Below are positions 19,135-29,922 of a stretch of 64,000 nt of DNA, piece after piece (the stretch's first letter is position 1; the number at the start of each line of letters is the position of its first letter). Under the pieces are notes generated by a model. The model was not told the DNA's origin. It worked only from the letters and a program-made list of their open reading frames with translations, and ran no database searches. The stretch comes from a virus: positions 35,658-99,657 of the IMG/VR virus record IMGVR_UViG_3300044825_002608. One strand, given 5' to 3'. Both the position numbers and the translations under genes were made by a program.

Positions 19135-19414
19135 TGAAGAATATTTTTCAGTAATTAATAGAAATACTGGAAAAAAGATTTGCGATTGTGCCGAGTATTC
19201 AGACGCGATGATGATGTTGGATATTGACCCACATAATCGGCAAATCAAAAGAAATCGATTTCTTATGAGTCCAGTAGTTGATATTGAGATGCCAAAATCA
19301 CTACCGACTAATGAGATTGTAGTCAATATGGATGGTGGTGTTGGTGGTTCTTGGAAAGTAGAAGAACCAGAAAAACTACCAGAAGGGCAAGGTAAACCTG
19401 TGATTGTCAACTAA
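19121..19414 (+). CDS. hypothetical protein
   Basis: Co-oriented ORF with typical codon usage. Confidence 0.7.
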   Translation: MRKYNEEYFSVINRNTGKKICDCAEYSDAMMMLDIDPHNRQIKRNRFLMSPVVDIEMPKSLPTNEIVVNMDGGVGGSWKVEEPEKLPEGQGKPVIVN

Positions 19415-19437
19415 ATAATCACAAGTCGCAGGTACTT

Positions 19438-19809
19438 ATGGTTCCTCTTCATTCTTCAAGAGAATATTTGTTTCAATTACAGGCAACAAGTTCAGGAGAA
19501 GCACGAAGATTATGGAGAAAGCACATTAAAGAAAGTTGGGAAAATAAGTGTGCTTATTGTGGATCAGAAGAAAACCTAACAATTGATCACATTATTCCTC
19601 AGTCAAAAGGTGGTCTAGATACAACTAAAAATGTAGTTTGTTGCTGCCATTCTTGTAATCAAGATAAAGGTCATACTCCTTGGGAAGATTGGTATTCTTC
19701 TCAGGAGTTTTTTAGTATAGAAAATTATGAGAAAGTAAAGAATTGGATGAAACCAGAAGCACCTGCAAATCTTTATGTTTATCGTCCAAGGAGAAATAAT
19801 TTAACATAA
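19438..19809 (+). CDS. HNH endonuclease
   Basis: CAYCG...LTIDHIIPQSKGG...NVVCCCHSCNQDK. Confidence 0.9.
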   Translation: MVPLHSSREYLFQLQATSSGEARRLWRKHIKESWENKCAYCGSEENLTIDHIIPQSKGGLDTTKNVVCCCHSCNQDKGHTPWEDWYSSQEFFSIENYEKVKNWMKPEAPANLYVYRPRRNNLT

Positions 19810-19868
19810 TAAATAGATAAAAGGCGGCAGTAGATACTGTCATTTAAGGTATATACCGAATGTAATAA

Positions 19869-22800
19869 ATGGCAACTCCAATTCGGATTAAAAGATCCGC
19901 AGTACCTAACAAAAGACCAACACTAGCAGATTTGCAGTTAGGCGAACCCGCGATTAATACTTTTGATGGTCGTATCTATTTAAGAAGAGATACCGGAGTT
20001 GCAAGCACAATCACGCTAGTTACTCCTTGGACGGAGAATACGGGAGGATCAATTTATTATAATGACGGTAATATTGGAGTTGGAACAACGAACCCAACTT
20101 CAAAATTAACTGTTTTTGGTGATGCATTATTGGATGGTGTAGTTACAGCAACAACATTTAGCGGGCAGATTAATGCTGGTGTTGCGACTGTTACATCTCT
20201 TAGTATTGGGTCCACACAAGTCATTAGTTCTGGAAGACAACTACAAAATATTCTTTCGCTTGATTCAATTACTGTTGCGACAATTGAATCGGCAATTTCT
20301 AATGCTCCAAATACGTTTAGTGACATTACCGTAACTGGTATTAGTACATTAGGAGTTACAAGTGCCACTAGTTTAAGAGCACAACAACTTAATGTATCGG
20401 GAATTACAACTCTTGGTGTAGTTACTGCGGGTAATATATTCTCTACTGGGATTATAACTGCCAATACTTTTGTAGGAAATTTAACTGGTAATGTAACTGG
20501 AAATCTAAACTCTTCTGGCGTTAATACCGCAACAACATTAAGTGGTACTACTGCTACTTATACAACAGGTAACTTTACTACTGCTAATATAACAACTGGC
20601 ATCGTAACTACTTTAATCGGTACTAATCTCAATTATAGTGGTATAGGCACTATTACAACACTGAATAGTACTAATGCTATATTAACCAATATTAATTCAA
20701 GCGGTATTAGCACTCTTGGAGTTACGAGTGTAACCCGTTTAACATCACAAAGCATTAATTCTTCTGGAATTGTAACTGGATCAACATTTAGACCTTCGAC
20801 TGGTTACATTCAAGCAGCAGATGGAACTAATTCCTTCTACATTTATAATTCAACTGGAAATGTAGCGTTTCAGGGAACAATTGGTGCGTCTCAGATTAAT
20901 AATGCTCAGGGATATAAGGTAATTGGATTCGCTGGAACAAATAACACTACTTTTGAAAATCACGTTTATATTTCTGGTGTTACTACATCTATTGGTGGTT
21001 TTGTAGGAAATCTAACAGGAACTGCAACCACAGCAACTAATCTTTCTGATGCTGCAAATATTACCACTGGCATAATTAGTACTTCTAGATTATCTGGAAC
21101 TTATAACATTAACATAAGTGGTAATGCAGCAACGGCAACTTATGCTACTAATGCTGGCATAGCAACTTATGCTACTTCAAGTGGTATTGCTACTTATGCT
21201 TCAACATCTGGCATTGCTACTTATGCTACTTCAAGTGGTATTGCTACTTATGCTTCAATAGCAGGTATAGCAACTTATGCTACTAATGCTGGCATTGCTA
21301 CTTATTCCGAAACAGCAGGTATAGCAACTTATGCTACTAATGCAGGTATAGCAACTTATGCTACTAATGCTGGTATAGCAACTTATGCAACTTCAAGTGG
21401 TATTGCTACTTATGCTTCAATATCAGGTATTGCTACTTATGCAACTTCACTTCAAAACGTAAGGACTTTTGAAATCACTGGTGATATTATTGCATCTCCA
21501 ATTTCTTTTGATGGAACTGGTAATGTATCTTTGGCAGCAACAATTCAACCAAATTCAGTTGGACTTGGAACTGATACTTTTGGTGATTATGTTAAGGATA
21601 TTTCGGGAACTGCAAATCAAATTACAGTTACTTCTGGGACTGGTGAGGGATCAACTCCTATTATTTCAATTCCCGACAGTCCAATACTTCCTGGAAATGT
21701 TACAATTTCAAATGATTTACAAGTCAATAATAATCTTAATGTAAGCGGAAACATTACAATTGGTGGAACTTCTGCTGTCATTTTCGTAAATGAACTTAAT
21801 GTAAAGGATAAAGAAATTGTATTAGGAATTACTACAATAAATGGCGGCGTAGATAGGTCTACTGATACTACTGCTAATCACGGTGGTATTGCAATTGCTT
21901 CAACTGAGGGAAGTCCCCTAGTTAGTATGAAAGTATCTGGTATTAATACTTTACCAGATACTTATAAACAATTAATGTGGGTTAAGTCTGGCACTATGGG
22001 TGCTGGGACCACTGGTGCTTGGATATTTAATTATGCTGTTGGAGTTGGATCAACACAAGTTCCAAACGGTATAAGATTTGCTGCTGGGTCCGTTCAATTT
22101 ACGGAAAATGATCTATTGGTTATAAGAAATATTAATGCTTCTGGTATTATAACGGCATCAAGTTTTAGTGGTAATGCTTCTAGTGCTACCTATGCTACTA
22201 GTGCTGGTATTGCTACTTATGCAACTTCAAGTGGTATAGCAACTTATTCCGAAACATCAGGCATAGCAACTTATGCTACTTCAAGTGGTATTGCTACTTA
22301 TGCTACTACTGCTGGCATTGCGACTTATGCTTCAACAGCAGGAATTGCCACTTATGCTACTAGTGTTGGTATTGCGACTTATGCTACTTCAAGTGGCATA
22401 GCAACTTATTCCGAAACATCAGGAATATCAACAAATGTTATAGGTGGTATAGGATCTCTTGCACAATTAAGTGTATCAGGTATTGCAACTATCATCACTG
22501 AACTTGATGTAGGTGTTGGTGGAACTATTTTCAATGCACTTCCTACCGGATTTATTGGCATAGGAACCACAAATCCAACATCAAAACTTTATATTGTTGG
22601 TGATACTTTTGTAACAGGTGTTATCACATCTACTGATTACAATTCCGCATCAGACATAAAACTCAAAACTAATATCTCCACAATTTTAAATCCCCTTGAT
22701 AAGGTTTCCAAATTAAATGGTGTAGAGTTTACTTGGAAAGAGACTGGCAAAAAGTCTGCCGGAGTAATTGCACAAGAAGTTGAAAAAGTTCTTCCAAATC

Positions 22801-22919
22801 TTGTAAATGGTGATGAAACTAAAACTGTAAATTATAATGGATTGATTGGGTTACTGATTGAATGTATTAAAGAACAACAAAAAGAAATTGATTTTCTTAA
22901 GCAAAATATATTATCATAA
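19869..22919 (+). CDS. tail fibre protein with C-terminal intramolecular chaperone (peptidase S74-like)
   Basis: IRIKRS...LGEPAIN anchor, GIGTTNP repeats, Ser/Thr/Gly-rich shaft, SDIKLKTNI autocleavage motif and coiled-coil end. Confidence 0.85.
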   Translation: MATPIRIKRSAVPNKRPTLADLQLGEPAINTFDGRIYLRRDTGVASTITLVTPWTENTGGSIYYNDGNIGVGTTNPTSKLTVFGDALLDGVVTATTFSGQINAGVATVTSLSIGSTQVISSGRQLQNILSLDSITVATIESAISNAPNTFSDITVTGISTLGVTSATSLRAQQLNVSGITTLGVVTAGNIFSTGIITANTFVGNLTGNVTGNLNSSGVNTATTLSGTTATYTTGNFTTANITTGIVTTLIGTNLNYSGIGTITTLNSTNAILTNINSSGISTLGVTSVTRLTSQSINSSGIVTGSTFRPSTGYIQAADGTNSFYIYNSTGNVAFQGTIGASQINNAQGYKVIGFAGTNNTTFENHVYISGVTTSIGGFVGNLTGTATTATNLSDAANITTGIISTSRLSGTYNINISGNAATATYATNAGIATYATSSGIATYASTSGIATYATSSGIATYASIAGIATYATNAGIATYSETAGIATYATNAGIATYATNAGIATYATSSGIATYASISGIATYATSLQNVRTFEITGDIIASPISFDGTGNVSLAATIQPNSVGLGTDTFGDYVKDISGTANQITVTSGTGEGSTPIISIPDSPILPGNVTISNDLQVNNNLNVSGNITIGGTSAVIFVNELNVKDKEIVLGITTINGGVDRSTDTTANHGGIAIASTEGSPLVSMKVSGINTLPDTYKQLMWVKSGTMGAGTTGAWIFNYAVGVGSTQVPNGIRFAAGSVQFTENDLLVIRNINASGIITASSFSGNASSATYATSAGIATYATSSGIATYSETSGIATYATSSGIATYATTAGIATYASTAGIATYATSVGIATYATSSGIATYSETSGISTNVIGGIGSLAQLSVSGIATIITELDVGVGGTIFNALPTGFIGIGTTNPTSKLYIVGDTFVTGVITSTDYNSASDIKLKTNISTILNPLDKVSKLNGVEFTWKETGKKSAGVIAQEVEKVLPNLVNGDETKTVNYNGLIGLLIECIKEQQKEIDFLKQNILS
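21130..21450 (+). repeat. 27-bp coding tandem repeat (GIATYAxxx), second block at about 22185-22430
   Basis: ggYatWgcWacttatgc recurs every 27 nt. Confidence 0.9.
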
Positions 22920-22955
22920 ATACTAAAAACTACCTAGTGTAAACGAGGACGGTAG

Positions 22956-25352
22956 ATGGCAATTAAGATTTCTAATTCTACTATTATTGATGATAGTAGA
23001 AATATTGTTAATGCAGGTATTGCAACATTAACCTCAGTAAGCATCGGTAATACTCAGGTTATTAGTTCTGAAAGACAACTGCAAAATATTTCTTCTCTTG
23101 ATGCTGTAACCACAGCAACAATTGAAAGTGCCATCGCAAATGCTCCTAACACTTTTAGTGATCTCAATGTAACTGGAGTTAGTACTCTTGGAATTACTAG
23201 TGCAACAAGTTTAAGATCACAACAACTTAATGTTTCTGGCATTACAACTCTTGGTATAGTTACTTCTGGTAATATATTCTCTACTGGTATTATAACTGCC
23301 ACTACTTTTGCAGGGAATTTAACTGGCAATGTAACTGGAAACTTAAACTCTTCAGGTGTTAATACTGCAACAACATTAAGTGGTACTACTGCTACTTATA
23401 CAACAGGTAACTTTACAACTGGAAACATAGTTACTGGTGTTGTAACTACTTTAAGTGGAACTAATTTAAATTACAGTGGTATAGGTACTATCACAACACT
23501 GAATAGTACTAATGCTACCTTAACAAATATTAATTCTTCTGGCATTTCAACATTAGGAATTACTAGTGCAACAAGTTTAATATCACAACAACTTAGTGTT
23601 TCTGGACTCACCACGACAGCATCATTTAATGTAGGAACTGGTGGAACTATTATTACCACAACTTCCGATGGTAGAATTGGTATAGGAACCACAAATCCAA
23701 CGGCAAAAGTTTATATAGAAGGTGATACTTACATTGCAGGAATTTTAACTGCAAATAGAATTTTCAGCAATGTTTATGGTGAATTTACTGGAGGTGGAAT
23801 TAGTGGAACTAATATAGTTGGAACTGCATTAAGTATTTCTGGAATTTCTACATTCACAAGTGGTCCAGTTCGTATAGGGACTGCATCATCTACTGGAACT
23901 GCAAACCAAGCACTTCAAATTGGAACAGCAACATCTCAATTGGGTGCTTATATTTCTGGTAATCTTGGAATTGGAACCACAAATCCAACAGCAGAATTAC
24001 AAGTAGTCGGAAATACTTTAATACAACCAACAACAGCATTTACTGTTCGAGGTGATACCAACATTAATAATACTTTACCAACAAAAGTTTCTTATGCTTC
24101 ATCATTTAGTGTAGCATCCCAAGAAACTGAACCAAGAGACGTTTTCTTCTCTAATGATGGTAAGACTATGTATGTATTAGGTAATATTGGAAATGATATT
24201 ACCTACTACACTTTGAGTACTCCTTGGTCTATTACATCAGCATCTCATGTAAGTCAATTTAGTGTTAATGGCCAATTAACTAATCCATTAGGTTTTTATT
24301 TTAAACCTGATGGAACTAAATTTTATGTTGTAGGAACTACTGGAGTTGGTGCTGCTGCCACATCAGTCAATCAATACACTTGCTCTACTCCTTGGGACTT
24401 AACTACTGCTTCATATGATTCAGTTGCTTATAGTGTCATAGCACAAGATACAGTTCCACAGGCGGTTGAATTCAAACCTGATGGAACCAGAATGTATATT
24501 GTTGGTTCTACTAATGATAGGGTCTATCAATATTCATTATCAACTCCTTGGAACCTATTAACAGTATCTTATGGTTCTTCATTTAGTGTAACAAGTCAAG
24601 AAACAACAGCAGAAGGAATAAGATTTAGTCTTGATGGAACTAAATTGTTACTTACTGGTTCCACTGGTGATGACGTAAATTATTATACCTTATCTACTCC
24701 TTGGGACATTACAACTACTTCTTTTGTTGGTATTATTACTACTGTTGAGGAACCTCCCTTTAATGAAAAATCACCATCAGGACTTTATTGGAAACCTGAT
24801 GGAACTAAGTTATATCTAAGTGGTTATACAAACGATGCCATATATGAATTCAACATGACTTCTGATGCTGATTTAGAAGTTACAGGTAAAACAAGTCTTT
24901 ATGGTAACTTAGATGTTTATGAGAATACTACTGCTTATGGTGAATTAAGTGCTTATGAGAATGCTTATTTTTATAATAGAATTGGAATAGGAACCACAAA
25001 TCCTTCACAAAAATTAGACGTTGTAGGAAATATAAATGCATCAGGAAATATAAATGCATCAGGAACAGTTACAGCAAACTCAGACCGAAGATTAAAAGAA
25101 AATATAAAAACTATTCCAGATGCACTTTCAAAAGTCTTATCGTTAAGAGGTGTAGAGTACGATAAGATTGATAATGGAGACCATCAAATTGGTGTCATTG
25201 CACAAGAAGTTGAAGCAATTATACCAGAAGTTGTCTATGGTGAAGACATTAAATCAGTTGCTTATGCTAACTTAGTTGGACTCTTAATTGAAGCAATTAA
25301 GGAACAAAATCAAAGAATTGATGAGTTAGAAAGAAGATTAGGAGAACAATAA
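22956..25352 (+). CDS. tail fibre protein with a 5-repeat beta-propeller insert and peptidase S74-like chaperone
   Basis: N-terminal half is homologous to the preceding fibre; five xxDGTK/R.Y...LSTPW repeats; SDRRLKENI. Confidence 0.85.
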   Translation: MAIKISNSTIIDDSRNIVNAGIATLTSVSIGNTQVISSERQLQNISSLDAVTTATIESAIANAPNTFSDLNVTGVSTLGITSATSLRSQQLNVSGITTLGIVTSGNIFSTGIITATTFAGNLTGNVTGNLNSSGVNTATTLSGTTATYTTGNFTTGNIVTGVVTTLSGTNLNYSGIGTITTLNSTNATLTNINSSGISTLGITSATSLISQQLSVSGLTTTASFNVGTGGTIITTTSDGRIGIGTTNPTAKVYIEGDTYIAGILTANRIFSNVYGEFTGGGISGTNIVGTALSISGISTFTSGPVRIGTASSTGTANQALQIGTATSQLGAYISGNLGIGTTNPTAELQVVGNTLIQPTTAFTVRGDTNINNTLPTKVSYASSFSVASQETEPRDVFFSNDGKTMYVLGNIGNDITYYTLSTPWSITSASHVSQFSVNGQLTNPLGFYFKPDGTKFYVVGTTGVGAAATSVNQYTCSTPWDLTTASYDSVAYSVIAQDTVPQAVEFKPDGTRMYIVGSTNDRVYQYSLSTPWNLLTVSYGSSFSVTSQETTAEGIRFSLDGTKLLLTGSTGDDVNYYTLSTPWDITTTSFVGIITTVEEPPFNEKSPSGLYWKPDGTKLYLSGYTNDAIYEFNMTSDADLEVTGKTSLYGNLDVYENTTAYGELSAYENAYFYNRIGIGTTNPSQKLDVVGNINASGNINASGTVTANSDRRLKENIKTIPDALSKVLSLRGVEYDKIDNGDHQIGVIAQEVEAIIPEVVYGEDIKSVAYANLVGLLIEAIKEQNQRIDELERRLGEQ

Positions 25353-25353
25353 G

Positions 25354-28077
25354 ATGCCTGTACAGATTGGTTCTAATCAAATTACTGGAATTACAACAAC
25401 ATCAAACTCAACTGATGCTGCAAGTAAACAGTATGTTGATAATTACTTTCAATCACAAGCACCAAATCCTGATACTTCACAAAATAAGTTTCTAGTAACT
25501 GATGGTTCTACAACTTCTTGGGCAGCAATTGATGGATATAATGAATACACAGCAGCAGGGAATTATACTTTTAATGTTCCAAGTACTGCAAGTGAGTTTC
25601 TAATTGAAGCAACAGGTGCAGGAGGTGGTGGAGGTTCTGCAACAACCGATGGAACTTCTTATCAACCTGCAAGTGCTTGGAGACAAAGAACTTCTGGGTT
25701 TGGTGGAACTCAAATATGGACTTTTACTTATGCAAACAATCTTTATGTTGCTGGTGGTCTTAATGGAGTTTTAACAACATCAACAGATGCAATCACTTGG
25801 ACTCAAAGAACTTCTGGATTTGGTTCAAGTATTATAACAATACTTACTTATGCAAACAATACTTATGTTGCTGGTGGCACTGGTGGAATATTAAACATAT
25901 CAACAGATGCAATTAATTGGACTTTAAGAACTTCTGGATTTGGTACTACTTCAATATTAACAATTGCTTATGGTACAACACCAATTGCAACATATGTTTC
26001 TGGTGGTAATGGTGGAACATTATTTACATCAACAGATACAATCACTTGGACACAAAGAACACCTGGATTTGGTTCAAGTGTAGTTTATGGAATAATATAT
26101 GCAAACAATACTTATGTTGCTGGTGGTACTGGTGGTGTTTTAAATACTTCAACAGATGCAATCACCTGGACTTTAAGAACTTCTGGATTTGGTACAAGTG
26201 GTATATTTTCTCTTACTTATGGAACATCACCAATCACAACTTATGTTGCTGGGGGAAGTGTTGGAATTTTAAATACCTCAACGGATGCAATCACTTGGAC
26301 TTTAAGAACTTCTGGATTTGGTACAAGACCTATAAATCAACAAGCACTTGCTTTTGGAAACAATCTTTATCTTGCTGGTGGTACTGGTGGTGTTTTAAAT
26401 ACTTCAACAGATGCAATCACTTGGGAATTAAGAACTTCTGGATTTGGTTCAAGTCAAATAATTGGCATCTCCTATGCAAGTAACCTTTATCTTGCTGGAG
26501 GAGATAATGGTGTTCTCACAACATCACCAACAACAGTATCAGGATTCTCAGGTGCAGGAGGTGGTGGTGGAGCATCAGCATCCTGGAAGATTTCAAGAGC
26601 ATACATTACTGGTTCTACAATCAATCTAAGTGTTGGTGCTGGTGGTACTGCAAACACAGCAGGAGCAGCAACCACAATATCTTGGACTGGACCATCAGGG
26701 ACTTATACCTTAACTGCAAATGGTGGAGGTGCTGGAAGTAGCACAAGTACCTTTGGTTTTCCTGCTGGTGGTTCTGGTGGAACATTACCAGCAGCAAATA
26801 CAAACTATCTTTCAGCATCTTCTGGAACTAATGGTGGTTCTGGAAGTGTTTTTGAACCAATTGTTGGTGCTGCAACAAACTCAACAATATCAAGTCAAAC
26901 AACAGGTGGTGGTGGTGGAAGAGTGAGTGAAGGAACAGGAAATGTTGGTGGTTCTGGTGGTACAATCAACTATTATGGGCAGACTTATACCAATAACTTT
27001 GCAGCAGTAAATGCGTTAAATTCTCAAAGTATTGCTGGACTTTCTTATGGTGCTGGTGGTGCTGGTGGTGGTGTTCAAAGTTCTGGTGCTGTTGTTTGGA
27101 CTTTAAGAACTTCTGGATTTGGAACAACTACTCCTTATTTACTTACGTATGGGTCTCATAATTCCACCTATGTTGCTGCTGGTGATGTAGGAGTTCTAAA
27201 CACTTCAACAGACGCAATCACTTGGACACAGAGAACATCAGGATTTGGTATTAATCTAAGAAGTTTATTTTATTCAAATAATTTATATCTTGTTGGAGGT
27301 AATAATGGTGCATTAGGAACTTCAACAGATGGAATTACTTGGACTGCAAGAACTTCTGGTGGAGGAGTTACCAGTATAAGGTCATTTACATACGGAAATA
27401 ATCTTTATCTTCTTTCAGGAGGAGATTTAGATCCTGAATCTTCATTATTATCGACTTCAACAGATGGAATTACTTGGACTTTAAGAACTTCTGGTTTTGG
27501 TACAAGTATTATTTGGACACTTGAATTTGGAAATAATATTTATATTGTTGGTGGATACGGTGGAACTCTATCCACTTCAACAGATGCAATTACTTGGACA
27601 CAAAGAACTTCTGGGTTTGGTATTAATGATATCAGAGCATTTCTTTTTGCAAATAATCTTTATGTTGCTGGTGGCACTGCTGGAACTTTAACAGTTTCTA
27701 CTGATGCAATTAACTGGACTCAAAGAACTTCTGGATTTGGTTCAACGCAAATTAATAATCTCAATTTTGGTAATACAAATTATATTTGTATTGGTAATAC
27801 TGGAAGATTAACAACTTCAACAGATGCAATCACTTGGACACTAAGAACTTCTGGTTTACCATTCACTTTAACTTCATCTACTTTTGCGAACAATACTTTT
27901 GTTGTTTGTGGTTCTGGTGCAGTTATTCACACCTCACCAGACTCAGCACTCATAGGTTCAGGAGCATCAGGAGTCAAAGGTGGTGGAGGCGGTGGCGGTG
28001 CATTTGATACCACAACACTTGCAACAGGTACTGGTGGTACTGGTGGTGATGGTTATGTTCGTATCAGTTGGTGGTAA
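25354..28077 (+). CDS. glycine-rich virion/adhesin protein with two 7-repeat beta-propeller units
   Basis: DAASKQYVD anchor, IEATGAGGGG scaffold, 2x7 WTxRTSGFG...STDAIT repeats, GGDGYVRISWW end. Confidence 0.75.
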   Translation: MPVQIGSNQITGITTTSNSTDAASKQYVDNYFQSQAPNPDTSQNKFLVTDGSTTSWAAIDGYNEYTAAGNYTFNVPSTASEFLIEATGAGGGGGSATTDGTSYQPASAWRQRTSGFGGTQIWTFTYANNLYVAGGLNGVLTTSTDAITWTQRTSGFGSSIITILTYANNTYVAGGTGGILNISTDAINWTLRTSGFGTTSILTIAYGTTPIATYVSGGNGGTLFTSTDTITWTQRTPGFGSSVVYGIIYANNTYVAGGTGGVLNTSTDAITWTLRTSGFGTSGIFSLTYGTSPITTYVAGGSVGILNTSTDAITWTLRTSGFGTRPINQQALAFGNNLYLAGGTGGVLNTSTDAITWELRTSGFGSSQIIGISYASNLYLAGGDNGVLTTSPTTVSGFSGAGGGGGASASWKISRAYITGSTINLSVGAGGTANTAGAATTISWTGPSGTYTLTANGGGAGSSTSTFGFPAGGSGGTLPAANTNYLSASSGTNGGSGSVFEPIVGAATNSTISSQTTGGGGGRVSEGTGNVGGSGGTINYYGQTYTNNFAAVNALNSQSIAGLSYGAGGAGGGVQSSGAVVWTLRTSGFGTTTPYLLTYGSHNSTYVAAGDVGVLNTSTDAITWTQRTSGFGINLRSLFYSNNLYLVGGNNGALGTSTDGITWTARTSGGGVTSIRSFTYGNNLYLLSGGDLDPESSLLSTSTDGITWTLRTSGFGTSIIWTLEFGNNIYIVGGYGGTLSTSTDAITWTQRTSGFGINDIRAFLFANNLYVAGGTAGTLTVSTDAINWTQRTSGFGSTQINNLNFGNTNYICIGNTGRLTTSTDAITWTLRTSGLPFTLTSSTFANNTFVVCGSGAVIHTSPDSALIGSGASGVKGGGGGGGAFDTTTLATGTGGTGGDGYVRISWW

Positions 28078-28089
28078 GGAGGAACTCAA

Positions 28090-29889
28090 ATGTCACAAGC
28101 AACAGGTAATTCAATCACAGGGATTTCAACAGTTGTTTCCAATACTGATGTAGTCAATAAGTCTTATGCAGAGAGTGGTATTGGAACACTACCATCACAG
28201 ACTGGTAATGCTGGAAAGGTCTTAACCACAACTGATGGAACCACAGCATCTTGGGATTATGTTTCCAACTATCAGGAGTTTACAAGTACCACACCACAGT
28301 CTTTTACAGTACCAAATCAAGCAAATCTTTTATACATTGAAGCAGTAGGTGCTGGTGGTGGAGGAAGTGCAGGACAGACAACAGCACAGGCAACAGTGAC
28401 TTGGACTTTAAGAACTTCTGGTTTTGGTACAACTCAAATTGTTACAATTACTTATGGAAACAATCTTTATGTTGCTGGTGGTAATGGTGGAATTCTAAAC
28501 ACTTCAACGGATGCAATCATTTGGACTCAAAGAACTTCTGGTTTTGGTACTAATAGTATTCTTGCTCTTGGTTTTGTAAATAACACTTATGTTGCTGGTG
28601 GTACTAATGGAGTAGTAAATACATCAACAGATGCAATCACTTGGACTTTAAGAACTTCTGGTTTTGGTGCTAATACAATCAATGCTTTTACTTTTGGGAC
28701 AGTACCAGTAAATACTTATGCTTTTGGTGGTACTTTAGGAAGAATAATTACTTCAACAGATACAATCACTTGGACTTTAAGAACTACTGGTTTTAGTGGT
28801 ACTGCTATTAGTGCTCTTACTTTTGGAAACAACCTTTATCTTGCTGGTGGTGGTTCTGGAATATTAAATACCTCAACAGATGCAATCACTTGGACTTTAA
28901 GAACTTCTGGTTTTGGTTCTACTATTATTCGTTCATTTAATTTTACAAATAATACTTATATTGCATCTGGTGATAGTGGGGTATTAAATACCTCAACAGA
29001 TACAATAATTTGGACCGCAAGAACTTCAGGAACTACTAGTGCTATTAATGCTCTTACTTTTGGAAATAATACTTATATTGCTGGGGGTGATAGTGGAATC
29101 TTAAATACCTCAACAGATGCAATCACTTGGACTTTAAGAACTTCAAATACCACTAATTCACTTAGATCTCTTATTTTTATAAACAATACTTATGTTGCTG
29201 GTGGTGGTTCTGGAATAGTAGCAACCTCATACACACAAGCATCAGGACAAGGAGGAGCATCAGGTTCTTACACTTCCTGGTATGTTCCAAAATCAATTAT
29301 ATCTTCAAACATCACAGTCAATCCTGGTGTTGGTGGAGCAGGAGGAACTACAGACGCAGCAGCAGGTTCAGCAGGAGCAGGAACCACAGTATCTTGGACT
29401 GGACCTGGGGGAACTTACACAATCACAGCATCTGGGGGAGGTGCTGGTGGTGTAGCAGGAGCAGCACAACTTACAAGTCAATCAAGTTCTTTTTATACCA
29501 CTGCTGGACTTTCTGGAGCAAGTCAAACACCAATAAATGCTGGGGTCACAGCAACATCACAAACCAATCAATTCCAACCAACAGGTGGTGGAAGTGGTGC
29601 TGGTTCTGCTACAAATGCTGGTGGTGCTGGTGGTGCAATTAATGTTTATGGAATCTCAACATCAGCATCTGGTGGAACTGCATCAGGAACAAATGGAACC
29701 ACAGCAGTAGCAATCTCTGGACTTCCTTATGGTTATGGTGGAGGTGGTGGTGGAGCAAGTGTTTCAATCGCAGCAACTGGTGGTAATGGAGTTCGTGGAG
29801 GTGGTGGAGGTGGTGGTGCTTCTATTGGTTCCACTTTTGGTAATGGTGGTAATGGTGGTAATGGTTATGTAAAGATTACCTGGTTCTAA
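28090..29889 (+). CDS. glycine-rich virion/adhesin protein with one 7-repeat beta-propeller unit
   Basis: Same scaffold (DVVNKSYAE, IEAVGAGGGG, GNGYVKITWF) with 7 repeats. Confidence 0.75.
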   Translation: MSQATGNSITGISTVVSNTDVVNKSYAESGIGTLPSQTGNAGKVLTTTDGTTASWDYVSNYQEFTSTTPQSFTVPNQANLLYIEAVGAGGGGSAGQTTAQATVTWTLRTSGFGTTQIVTITYGNNLYVAGGNGGILNTSTDAIIWTQRTSGFGTNSILALGFVNNTYVAGGTNGVVNTSTDAITWTLRTSGFGANTINAFTFGTVPVNTYAFGGTLGRIITSTDTITWTLRTTGFSGTAISALTFGNNLYLAGGGSGILNTSTDAITWTLRTSGFGSTIIRSFNFTNNTYIASGDSGVLNTSTDTIIWTARTSGTTSAINALTFGNNTYIAGGDSGILNTSTDAITWTLRTSNTTNSLRSLIFINNTYVAGGGSGIVATSYTQASGQGGASGSYTSWYVPKSIISSNITVNPGVGGAGGTTDAAAGSAGAGTTVSWTGPGGTYTITASGGGAGGVAGAAQLTSQSSSFYTTAGLSGASQTPINAGVTATSQTNQFQPTGGGSGAGSATNAGGAGGAINVYGISTSASGGTASGTNGTTAVAISGLPYGYGGGGGGASVSIAATGGNGVRGGGGGGGASIGSTFGNGGNGGNGYVKITWF

Positions 29890-29922
29890 TAAATAACTTT
29901 AAGAAAAAAGTATACAAAATAG

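Noticed and set aside
26046-26483. Trp/Cys-rich alternative-frame ORFs and minus-strand ORFs over the repeat genes and elsewhere
   Set aside because: They are shadows of the Gly/Thr-rich coding frame, with no RBS or independent motifs.
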